Both the position numbers and the translations under genes were made by a program. The notes beneath the pieces are model-generated. The model had not been told where the DNA came from. It saw nothing but the letters and a program-made list of their open reading frames with translations, and ran no database searches. A stretch of DNA of 64,000 nt, taken from positions 17,310 through 81,309 of the forward strand of contig CANEDJ010000001.1 in NCBI GenBank assembly GCA_947426265.1. The letters run 5' to 3'. Of the stretch, positions 53,368 through 61,410 are shown in pieces. Numbering within the stretch: position 1 is the first letter of the stretch; every line of letters begins with the position of its first letter. This stretch comes from an uncultured Mycoplasmatota bacterium. Its GTDB lineage: Bacteria > Bacillota_I > Bacilli_A > RF39 > UBA660.

Positions 53368-53441
53368 AGGGGTATAGTTCAATGGTAGAATAACGGTCTC
53401 CAAAACCGCTGATGTGGGTTCAACTCCTGCTACCCCTGCCA
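53368..53441 (+). tRNA. trnW: tRNA-Trp (anticodon CCA), CCA 3' end encoded
   Basis: Folded by hand into a cloverleaf. Acceptor AGGGGTA/TACCCCT, D-arm GTTC-AATGGTA-GAAT, anticodon loop CTCCAAA, T-arm GTGGG-TTCAACT-CCTGC, discriminator G. Confidence 0.75.
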
Positions 53442-53492
53442 AATGTAAATAAACTCTAAATTTTAGAGTTTTTAATATATGATAAGAAAGAA

Positions 53493-53852
53493 ATGATTAA
53501 GATGGATAATGATTTTGTATATTTATCAAGTCATCAAGGATTTGCTCTAGTTGATAAAATTAGTGAACTAAAAGAAAATCCATATTTTAGAGATGAAATT
53601 GCCGAAAGTTTTATAAAAGAAGTCTATACAAGGGCTACAGAAATAACCGTTAATAGTCTCAACACTGGAACTAATATATTGTCAAAATTACGAAAAAATG
53701 GCAATAAAATTAAAATCTCAAAAAGTAAATTTGAATATATAACAAGATTAACTGGAATAGATGTTTTTGATGAAGAAACTATTAATCAATTTATATCTAA
53801 AGTAAATAAGGCTAATCCTGAAACTGAACAAACTAACTTAAGAAGAAGATAA
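53493..53852 (+). CDS. hypothetical protein (119 aa)
   Basis: ORF immediately downstream of tRNA-Trp. No recognisable domain. Weak RBS. Confidence 0.35.
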   Translation: MIKMDNDFVYLSSHQGFALVDKISELKENPYFRDEIAESFIKEVYTRATEITVNSLNTGTNILSKLRKNGNKIKISKSKFEYITRLTGIDVFDEETINQFISKVNKANPETEQTNLRRR

Positions 53853-53973
53853 TAAAAGTAACATTCATACAACAAATAAAATTTGGAAACTCGTTCAGTT
53901 TCCGTGCCATTTGAGAATAAGGCGAACTCCATCTTCGTATTTAAAGGTGGTGTCGCTATTAATATAGCAATTA

Positions 53974-54000
53974 AAAGAGTGCCAAAGTGGGCACTTTTTT
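53974..54000 (+). terminator. rho-independent terminator
   Basis: Stem agtgcc/ggcact followed by T6. Confidence 0.5.
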
Positions 54001-54029
54001 CCATTTTATGGTATAATTAAGGTATGAAG

Positions 54030-54732
54030 GAAATGGTAGAAGTAATTCGAATAGATTAGTTTCTAATATATAATGAAACTGAATTTGTGACAAGGAATTA
54101 CTCATAAAGCATATGAGGAACTTAATTTGTCCGATGTACAATTAGAAACTTTTATAGAAAGATTAATTATTGATATAAATGCTCTAACATATGAGGACTT
54201 AGAAAAATAGTTTTTGCACAATTAAAAAATGAGTTTTCTTGTAATGACGAACTCTTAGAATTATATTTTATAAAGGCTGGGAGTATAATAAAAGAGTTGG
54301 CTGTAAAAGATGATGTAAATGACAGAAAAATAAGCAAAAAAGTTTTTTAAAGTTAATATCAGATGTTAATAAAACCTTAGATAGTTGGTATGTTAGCAAG
54401 ATTGGTATAGAGAAATATTGTAAATTAATGAGAAAAAAATATCTCAAATGTATGGTAATAGAGAAATTATGACATCTATCATTAGATATTTGAATAGCTT
54501 AGGATGTAAGACTTCTACTGATAAAGAGTTCAATAAAAGTAGTATAGGAAGAATATTAAACAATAAAAAGTATATAGGAGTTTATTTACATAGAGATATA
54601 GAAACCCCAGATGGAATACCTAGAATAATAGAAGATGAATTGTTTGGGAAAGTTCAACAGGAGCTAACCAGGAACGGTTTGGTGTCTGCTAGAAATAGAG
54701 CAAATTTTATTAAAAGAAATAAAAAATTATAA
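54030..54732 (+). pseudogene. decayed large serine recombinase gene (frameshifted fragments; longest piece 54448..54732 retains recombinase-domain similarity)
   Basis: The 94-aa fragment IIRYLNSLGCKTSTDKEFNKSSIGRILNNKKYIGVY...IIEDELFGKVQQEL matches the recombinase domain that follows the resolvase domain in large serine recombinases. Upstream 400 bp holds several short out-of-frame ORF pieces and no intact N-terminal catalytic domain. Confidence 0.4.
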
Positions 54733-54889
54733 TTATATAGAGAATGGAACAGAAATAGTTACAACTGATAAAAATATATTTATTTTTAATTATGATTTGA
54801 CAATATTTTTGAGTGTATAAATAAAAAAATGTGCTACAGTTTAAAAATGTATTATTGAGATAAATAATTATAGCAAAGGAAGTGAGATC

Positions 54890-55231
54890 ATGAATCATGA
54901 AATGAGATTACATGAAGGACCATTTAATAGAATTAATAGTGGAATAAAAACGATAGAGTATCGATTAAATGATGAAAAAAGAAGACAAATTAAGGTAAAT
55001 GACACAATTACTTTTTATAAAAGACCTGAAGAAGTAGAAACAATTAAGGTAAAAGTTGTAGAGTTAAGATATTATGATACTTTACTAGATATGTATGCAG
55101 ATACTTTTAAAAGTTATTTAAATGAAATATATGAATCTCCACAGGCAGTAGTAGATGATACTTCCTACTATACAGAGGAAGAAGTAAAAAAATATGGTTG
55201 TGTAGCAATCTTTTTTGTGAGAATCGGATAA
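54890..55231 (+). CDS. ASCH-domain protein (YqfB-like PUA-fold)
   Basis: 113 aa. F..INSGIKTIEYR...IKVNDTITFY pattern plus C-terminal YGCVAIFFVRI, resembling the ASCH/YqfB architecture. Confidence 0.55.
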   Translation: MNHEMRLHEGPFNRINSGIKTIEYRLNDEKRRQIKVNDTITFYKRPEEVETIKVKVVELRYYDTLLDMYADTFKSYLNEIYESPQAVVDDTSYYTEEEVKKYGCVAIFFVRIG

Positions 55232-55233
55232 AT

Positions 55234-55713
55234 ATGGTTACAATTATTAATTATGATAGAAAATATGCAGAAGAAATAGATAAACTAGATCAAGAATATT
55301 GGGGAATCTGCGAAACTACTAATGTATCAGATGAAATAAGAGACCAGGATATTGTGAAACTTGCAAAGTTAGAAGATTATATTGTAGGCATTATACATTT
55401 TAAACCAATAGGAGATTTAATAGACGCTTATCATCTTTTAGTAAAGCCAGAGAATCAGGGACAAGGAATTGGCAACCTTTTGATGAAAGAAGCCTTAAAA
55501 GAAACTTTAAAAAATGATTTTAAAACAGTAATCGCTCATGCTGTAGAATTTGAAGGAAATATAAATGCAAAGAAAATATTGGAGACTAATGGATTTCAGG
55601 AACTTTATAGAGTAAAAAATTATTGGGAATCTTTATACCCGGGGAGTTATTGTAAACAATGTAATAGCTATCAATGTCATTGTGGAGTAGTTGTATATCG
55701 AAAGAACTTATAA
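55234..55713 (+). CDS. GNAT-family N-acetyltransferase (160 aa) with Cys-rich C-terminal tail
   Basis: Acetyl-CoA motif A QGQGIGNLLMKEAL. Starts 2 nt after the ASCH stop. Tail CKQCNSYQCHC. Confidence 0.7.
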   Translation: MVTIINYDRKYAEEIDKLDQEYWGICETTNVSDEIRDQDIVKLAKLEDYIVGIIHFKPIGDLIDAYHLLVKPENQGQGIGNLLMKEALKETLKNDFKTVIAHAVEFEGNINAKKILETNGFQELYRVKNYWESLYPGSYCKQCNSYQCHCGVVVYRKNL

Positions 55714-55750
55714 AAGTATAGGTTTTTTTATTTTATATAGAAACTTAATT

Positions 55751-55759
55751 TGGTATAAT
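55751..55759 (+). promoter_or_regulatory. extended -10 TGgTATAAT upstream of nucleotidase gene
   Basis: TG at 55751-55752 and TATAAT at 55754-55759. This excludes the ATG at 55758 as the start codon. Confidence 0.4.
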
Positions 55760-55781
55760 GAAATTGAAGAGGAGGATAAGA

Positions 55782-56297
55782 ATGGATAAAGAAATTAAAA
55801 ATATACTAAAATTAGTAGATGAAAATTTTTGGTACATGATTGATATTGATGGAGTTTGCATAGATACAGAAGAACGTATTGCTATTATAGCTCGTCAATT
55901 AGGATGGAAAAGAGCCTTAGAAACAATAAATTGGCATGAGCATATTTATTCTTCTAGGCAGATCAATCATAGTTTAGATGTATTAAGAGAAGTTCAAAAG
56001 AATTTAAAAAGAATTCAACTATTAACTACAAATCATAGTCCTCTTGAAAAGAAAGAGAAGATCTCTTTTATGAGAGAACAAGGCATAGAAATTCCAATTG
56101 TTTCAGTGCCACCAAAAGTATCAAAAGCATTAGTAGTTCCCCCATCATTTTATAATCGGAAAGTTGTATTGGTAGATGATAAGAAAGAAAATGTTATAGA
56201 TTGGAGAAATCATGGAGGAGTGGGAATTGTTTTTACAGAACAGGATAGTTCAACTCCAAAAGTAAAAAGTTTAGAATTTTTAAGATATGTAAAGTAG
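55782..56297 (+). CDS. HAD-superfamily 5'(3')-deoxyribonucleotidase-like protein (NT5C family)
   Basis: N-terminal YMIDIDGVCID (DxDG nucleophile motif) and C-terminal VLVDDKKENV. ATG after GAGGAGGA. Confidence 0.5.
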   Translation: MDKEIKNILKLVDENFWYMIDIDGVCIDTEERIAIIARQLGWKRALETINWHEHIYSSRQINHSLDVLREVQKNLKRIQLLTTNHSPLEKKEKISFMREQGIEIPIVSVPPKVSKALVVPPSFYNRKVVLVDDKKENVIDWRNHGGVGIVFTEQDSSTPKVKSLEFLRYVK

Positions 56298-56307
56298 GAG
56301 GTATTAT

Positions 56308-58371
56308 ATGTTAATCAAATCAAACGCAATAGATCGTTTATTAAGGGAAAATCCAGGCTTAGGAGAAAGACGTTTTGGATTGCCAGATATTGGTCTTAGA
56401 GTAGATGGTGAAAAGTTCAATCCGACAGTTCAAAGCATTGCTGATGCAATAGATTTTTATGGTTTCGAAGTGAGAGATGAAAATATAGCAACAATTCCTG
56501 ATATAGATTTAGGAAGTGGGAATCCAACAAAGTATCCCCCATTTCCTCTATCAATAGAAGAAATGAAAAAATCTTTAGATTCTCTTTCTATGTACAAATA
56601 TCCCTATACAGAAGGTGATGATAATATTAGAAAAATATTACTTGATTATATAGAAAAAGAAGGAATTATTAATACTTCACCATATGCTTATAAAGACGTG
56701 GATGAAAAAGGTTTATCTGTTCATAATGTTACTTTTTTGCCATCAACATCAATTGCATTTAATATGATTATTAATGTTATCTCAAAGCCAGGAGATGTTG
56801 TATTAGTAACAGGTCCGAATTATGGCTTATTCACAATTCGAGCAGAAAGGGCAGGAGCCGAAGTTGAAATATTAAATTTAGAAAAAGAAGATAATTGGCT
56901 AGTCAATCCAACAAAGTTGGCGAATAAAATAGATGAAATCAATGAGAGTTTACAAAAGGTTTATAATCGTAGAAAAGGATATGTTCCAAGAGTAGTGGCG
57001 TTTTTAAATGCGAACCCAAATAATCCAACTGGAAAAGTGATGGGAGAAAAAGATATCGATTTACTGAGAGCAATAGGACAAATCTGCTTGGAACGTGGTG
57101 TGTTTATAATTGATGATTTGGTATATCGTGATTTAACGTTTGATGAAAATAATCTTGCAAAACCAATCGCAACAATTCCAGGAATGTTCCGAAATACAAT
57201 CTCTTTGTTTGGACTTTCTAAAAGCTATGGAATGGCTAGTTTACGTGCTGGATTTGTAGTGGCAGATGAAATTATAATTAGAGAGTTAATAAATCGTATT
57301 TTCCAAGAAATGGATTCTTCTCCAGATATTGTAGGAAGAGCTTTAGCTGGTGCATTTAATACAAGCAAAGAAAGAGAACTTGTCTATCAGGAATACTTTC
57401 GTGATTTAAGAAATATCTATCAGTATAAATTTCATTTATTAAAGGCTCTGGTAAATGGAATTGAAAGCATTAAAGATAGTCCTTATTATGAAGAAGTAAG
57501 CTCCAAAATAGTATCTGAAGTAGAAAAAGAAAATTTAGAACAAGTCTTAAAGGGACTTCCTTATACGGATTTTCCAGAAAATTTAATACCAGAAGCTGGA
57601 TTTTTCGCTATTTTAGATTTTACAAGAATAAAAGGTATGAAATATCATGGGGATACAATCAATAGCGAAAAAGATTTATTAAAATTTTTCTATAAAACTT
57701 CTAGGACAAGATTTTTAGTCGGGCAATCAATTAGTTGGCCTTATGAAAATGAATTAGTGGGGAGGGTTACTTTTGCCCTAGAAGATGAACAAATTATTAG
57801 TGCACTTAAAAATATGAATTTAGCACTTTCAAAGCTTACAGTAAGAGAAGAATATATTATTAGAAAAAATGAGCTAAAAGATCAGGAGCAAATGGCTCAT
57901 ATTAAAGTCGATGGTTGGAGAACTGCATACGATAAAATTGTCGCATCAAAATATTTAAATGAATTAAATTATGAGGCTCAAACAGAACGTTATATACGTA
58001 GTTTTGAAGATTATAAAGATTTAGTATTGGTGGCAGTAGAAGGTAATGAAGTTTTAGGCTATTCTTGTTTTGATATTAAGAAATTCTATGAGAAATATGA
58101 TTCTGAATTGGTTAGTTTATATATTAAACCTGATCATAAAGGAAAAGGGATAGGAAGTGCATTATTCAAAGAAACGGTAAAAGAACTATTAAGTCGTGAT
58201 AGAAAAAATATGATAGTTTGGTGTTTTGCAGAAAATGAAAAAGCAATTCGTTTTTATGAAAAATTAGGTGGAAAAAATGTAGAAACGAAACAAGCTAAAA
58301 TAGGAGATAATTATTATAAAGAATATGGATTTTACTTTGATTTAGAAATGATAATGAAAGATCAATTCTAA
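56308..58371 (+). CDS. fusion protein: class I/II PLP-dependent aminotransferase (N, about 480 aa) plus GNAT acetyltransferase (C, about 170 aa)
   Basis: IDLGSGNP near the N-terminus. SKSYGMASLRAGF PLP-lysine motif. C-terminal YIKPDHKGKGIGSALF GNAT motif A. Confidence 0.65.
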   Translation: MLIKSNAIDRLLRENPGLGERRFGLPDIGLRVDGEKFNPTVQSIADAIDFYGFEVRDENIATIPDIDLGSGNPTKYPPFPLSIEEMKKSLDSLSMYKYPYTEGDDNIRKILLDYIEKEGIINTSPYAYKDVDEKGLSVHNVTFLPSTSIAFNMIINVISKPGDVVLVTGPNYGLFTIRAERAGAEVEILNLEKEDNWLVNPTKLANKIDEINESLQKVYNRRKGYVPRVVAFLNANPNNPTGKVMGEKDIDLLRAIGQICLERGVFIIDDLVYRDLTFDENNLAKPIATIPGMFRNTISLFGLSKSYGMASLRAGFVVADEIIIRELINRIFQEMDSSPDIVGRALAGAFNTSKERELVYQEYFRDLRNIYQYKFHLLKALVNGIESIKDSPYYEEVSSKIVSEVEKENLEQVLKGLPYTDFPENLIPEAGFFAILDFTRIKGMKYHGDTINSEKDLLKFFYKTSRTRFLVGQSISWPYENELVGRVTFALEDEQIISALKNMNLALSKLTVREEYIIRKNELKDQEQMAHIKVDGWRTAYDKIVASKYLNELNYEAQTERYIRSFEDYKDLVLVAVEGNEVLGYSCFDIKKFYEKYDSELVSLYIKPDHKGKGIGSALFKETVKELLSRDRKNMIVWCFAENEKAIRFYEKLGGKNVETKQAKIGDNYYKEYGFYFDLEMIMKDQF

Positions 58372-58383
58372 AAGGAGGTTAGT

Positions 58384-59433
58384 ATGACTTACTTAATATT
58401 TCAATCAGCGTTATCAATAGAGAATAATCAAATACAATCTTGGGCGCCCAAAAGGAATCCTAAAACAAATAATAAAAAATATTGGTGGGAAAATGTTGGA
58501 AAAATAAAAAAGGGAGATATTATATATTTCATTTCAGATGCATATTTATGTGCCAAAGGAAGAGCTATTATGGATGGTAAAGAAGTAGTACATCAAGATT
58601 ATTATACTGAACCTCACAATAATGATAGTTGGAGCGATGATGGATATGGAGTTATTAGTGAAGTTTTAGAAACTTATCAAACCAAACAAATAAAAATAAT
58701 ACAGGAAATGAAACAGAAAAATTATCAGATAGAAGCACAAGAGAAGGATCGTTTTCCCTTTTGTATTAGAACAGGCAGTTTTACCGCAAAACAAGGGGGA
58801 TATTGTTTTGAAATTCATTCAAAGCTGATTACATTTATAGAAGAATGTGTTATAAATGCAGGAAATAGAATAAAATGGGGAGAGAAATATAATCATCATA
58901 ATATATTAGATAAGAAACTTCCTAGTACATATGGAACAAGTGAAATATCTTCAAAAAAAATAAAAAAGGGAGAAAAAGGAGAAAAAGGAACTCAAAAATT
59001 TTTTGAAAATAAAGGATTTCTTACGGAACTTGTAGCAGAGGAGAAGCGAAATCCAGCAGATTTGGTCATTAGGAATAATGGCAAAGAATACATGATAGAG
59101 ATAAAGAATATAACTGTAGAATCGGCAGAAAAGTCTATTTATTTAAATGACTCACAGCTTCAAAATTTATATTTACAAAAGACTTATTTATGTTTATATT
59201 ATGGCTTAGAAGAAATGGTATTTTTATTAAATCCTCAGAAACAAAAAACAGTAATAAAAGAGCTTATAGAAAGTTTTGATAAAATTCGGGAAAATGTAAT
59301 TCACCAATATAGTGGAAAATTTTATGTAGATAATATTTCAGTTTTATTGACAGAGAAAATGATTGTAGAAAATTTTATCGATATTAGTAATTGGAATTTA
59401 AATCAAATAGAAGCCTATTTAAATAAAAAATAG
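58384..59433 (+). CDS. hypothetical two-domain protein: N-terminal PUA-like (EVE/ASCH-like?) domain plus C-terminal PD-(D/E)xK nuclease-like (DUF3883-like) domain
   Basis: N-terminal WAPKRNPKTNNKKYWWENVGKIKKGDIIYF. C-terminal GFLTELVAEEKRNPADLVIRNNGKEYMIEIK with D...E.K spacing. Tentative. Confidence 0.35.
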   Translation: MTYLIFQSALSIENNQIQSWAPKRNPKTNNKKYWWENVGKIKKGDIIYFISDAYLCAKGRAIMDGKEVVHQDYYTEPHNNDSWSDDGYGVISEVLETYQTKQIKIIQEMKQKNYQIEAQEKDRFPFCIRTGSFTAKQGGYCFEIHSKLITFIEECVINAGNRIKWGEKYNHHNILDKKLPSTYGTSEISSKKIKKGEKGEKGTQKFFENKGFLTELVAEEKRNPADLVIRNNGKEYMIEIKNITVESAEKSIYLNDSQLQNLYLQKTYLCLYYGLEEMVFLLNPQKQKTVIKELIESFDKIRENVIHQYSGKFYVDNISVLLTEKMIVENFIDISNWNLNQIEAYLNKK

Positions 59434-59445
59434 AAGTGTGAACTT

Positions 59446-59709
59446 CTATTTTACTTTAGGATCCTCAAATAATTGGTCAATCTGAATATTTAAGACTTGA
59501 CTAATATTCCATAAAACTGGAACACTTACCATTTGTTTCTCAGATTCTAAGGTTCCAATTAAACCTGTACTAACTCCAATCATTTCAGCTAAAGCTGCTT
59601 GCGTGATACGCTCTTTATGATTTAAGTTATATAAATTTCGATAATAGCGAACATTACTACCAACTAACCTTGCCAATTCTTCTTTATTGTTATCATTATA
59701 TAATTTCAT
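59446..59709 (-). CDS. XRE-family helix-turn-helix transcriptional regulator
   Basis: HTH ITQAALAEMIGVSTGLIGTLESEKQ. 87 aa. Confidence 0.75.
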   Translation of the reverse strand: MKLYNDNNKEELARLVGSNVRYYRNLYNLNHKERITQAALAEMIGVSTGLIGTLESEKQMVSVPVLWNISQVLNIQIDQLFEDPKVK

Positions 59710-59739
59710 ATTACCACCTGACTACTCACTGCTACCAAC

Positions 59740-59769
59740 ATTGTAACCTTTTAACTAGATTGTTACAAT
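59740..59769. promoter_or_regulatory. palindromic candidate operator in divergent promoter region
   Basis: Perfect 8-bp inverted repeat ATTGTAAC (59740-59747) and GTTACAAT (59762-59769) with 14-nt spacer. Lies between the XRE gene and a rightward promoter (-35 TTGTTA at 59787, -10 TATAAT at 59811). Confidence 0.45.
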
Positions 59770-59837
59770 TTAATATATATAATAAATTGTTAGATATACT
59801 AATAATAAGGTATAATATAAATGGAGGGAGCAGTAAA

Positions 59838-60023
59838 ATGAAAAAACAAATTGATATTCTTTATGTGAAAAAAGTGATAAAACCATTAGAAGAAGTAATT
59901 CATAAAGTGGAAGTATCTGATGAATTTTCACAACGAGACTTAGAAACTTTAAATCAATTATTATTAGAAAAATACCTAATTTTAGAACATATATTACAGG
60001 AAAATTCTTCTAATAGTCAATAG
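59838..60023 (+). CDS. small protein (61 aa), divergent from the XRE regulator; weak Spo0E-like motif
   Basis: ATG after GGAGGGAG. SQRDLETLNQLLLEKY loosely resembles the Spo0E family SQELDxLI motif. Confidence 0.35.
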   Translation: MKKQIDILYVKKVIKPLEEVIHKVEVSDEFSQRDLETLNQLLLEKYLILEHILQENSSNSQ

Positions 60024-60261
60024 AAAAATAAAAAGCAAGAACGTAAAATAACTATATTTAGAAAAGAGGAGAGATGTAAATAGGATAATAATAGAGATTT
60101 CTATTAAAAACATCAGGCTAATTGAAAAACAGGATATTTAAAAAGAATATCATTTGAAGAAAACCTCCATGAAAAGATTATAAACAAAATTAAATTTCTA
60201 AAAAATTGTGAATAAAATTTTACTTTTTTATCATAATAGGGATAAGAGAGGAGAATGTAAT

Positions 60262-60702
60262 TTGAGCGAAAGTAATCAAGAATTATTGCAGTATATTTAT
60301 AAAATAGCTGAGATGGGAAAATATTCTACAACAGAATTAGTAAAAGAATTACATGGGAAAGATAACAAAATTAAAGAAATATTAGATGATATTTTAAAAG
60401 AATACGAGAAATTTTATGAAAAGTCATTAAAATTATTTGATAAATTTAAAATACAAGAAAAAGAAGTAGGATTTATGTCAAAAATGAGTGCTAGTATTAG
60501 TATGAAAAAAGAAGTATTAGATGATAATAGTGATGCCAGCATGGCAGATATGCTTATAAAAGGACTTACTATGGGCAGTTTAGAAATGAGTAAAAAAATT
60601 GATCAATATGAGAAAAAAGCAGATGACAAAATACTAAATCTAGCAAAAGAACTTCATAAATTTCAAGAAAAACAAATTGATAATTTAAAAAAATATTTAT
60701 AG
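60262..60702 (+). CDS. hypothetical protein (about 146 aa from TTG; the ORF could extend to GTG at 60208)
   Basis: AGAGGAGA RBS 7 nt before TTG at 60262. Candidate promoter at 60206-60234 would overlap the GTG alternative. Confidence 0.3.
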   Translation: MSESNQELLQYIYKIAEMGKYSTTELVKELHGKDNKIKEILDDILKEYEKFYEKSLKLFDKFKIQEKEVGFMSKMSASISMKKEVLDDNSDASMADMLIKGLTMGSLEMSKKIDQYEKKADDKILNLAKELHKFQEKQIDNLKKYL

Positions 60703-60733
60703 CTATTTCAGGATAAGCAAATAGCTTTTTTTA
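60701..60733 (+). terminator. rho-independent terminator
   Basis: Stem agctattt/aaatagct with 10-nt loop, then T7. Confidence 0.6.
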
Positions 60734-60812
60734 TAAACAAATTGTTAGAATGCGTTGTTGTAATTTTTATAAAATTAAGATACAATAGACATCAGGAAAA
60801 GGAGGAAACTTC

Positions 60813-61385
60813 ATGATAGAAAGTTTTAAAAAATTGTTTTTGATGTCTATTTTATCTTCAATTTTCTTTATTATAGTTGGTTTATTTTTAATTATGAAAC
60901 CAGATACAACAATGGCAATTATTTCTTATGCTATTGGATCCTTAATCATGGTAAGTGGTACAATATTCTTAATTAAATATTTTACTAACAGAAATGGATA
61001 TACAATGCTTAGTGGAGAATTAATCTTAGGAGTTATTTGTGTTATTGTAGGAATATCGTTATTTTTAAATCCAAAAGCGTTAGCAAGTGTGATCCATTTT
61101 ATCCTTGGAATGTGGATTATTATTAGCAGTGTTACCAAAATCCAATATGCGTTTCAATTAAAAGCATATAATAACAAAGCTTGGATTCCTACAATGATAT
61201 TAGCAGCAATAACATTTATTTGGGGATTATTGTTATTATTTGATCCATTTGAAGGAGCTATGTTGATTACTCAGATTATTGGAATGTTTATTTTAGTGTA
61301 TGCAATTCTAGACTTGGTTGAAGTCTTCATTATTCGAAAAAATTTAAGAGATATTAAAGATGGAATTATTGAAATAATAAAATAG
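60813..61385 (+). CDS. DUF308 (HdeD-like) membrane protein
   Basis: Six TM helices with repeated GxxxIxxGI signature segments. AAGGAGGAA RBS. Confidence 0.55.
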   Translation: MIESFKKLFLMSILSSIFFIIVGLFLIMKPDTTMAIISYAIGSLIMVSGTIFLIKYFTNRNGYTMLSGELILGVICVIVGISLFLNPKALASVIHFILGMWIIISSVTKIQYAFQLKAYNNKAWIPTMILAAITFIWGLLLLFDPFEGAMLITQIIGMFILVYAILDLVEVFIIRKNLRDIKDGIIEIIK

Positions 61386-61410
61386 AAGATTTTGAAATCT
61401 TCTATTTTCT
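61383..61410. terminator. bidirectional terminator between convergent genes
   Basis: Stem tagaagatt/aatcttcta flanked by A-run and T-run. Confidence 0.5.

Noticed and set aside
55758-55781. ATG at 55758 as start of the nucleotidase gene (ORF track start)
   Set aside because: It overlaps the TATAAT -10 hexamer and precedes the GAGGAGGA RBS. ATG 55782 is the plausible start.
60208-60261. GTG at 60208 as start of the hypothetical gene
   Set aside because: It would overlap the candidate -35/-10. The AGAGGAGA RBS instead precedes TTG 60262. Uncertain, so it is kept as the alternative.
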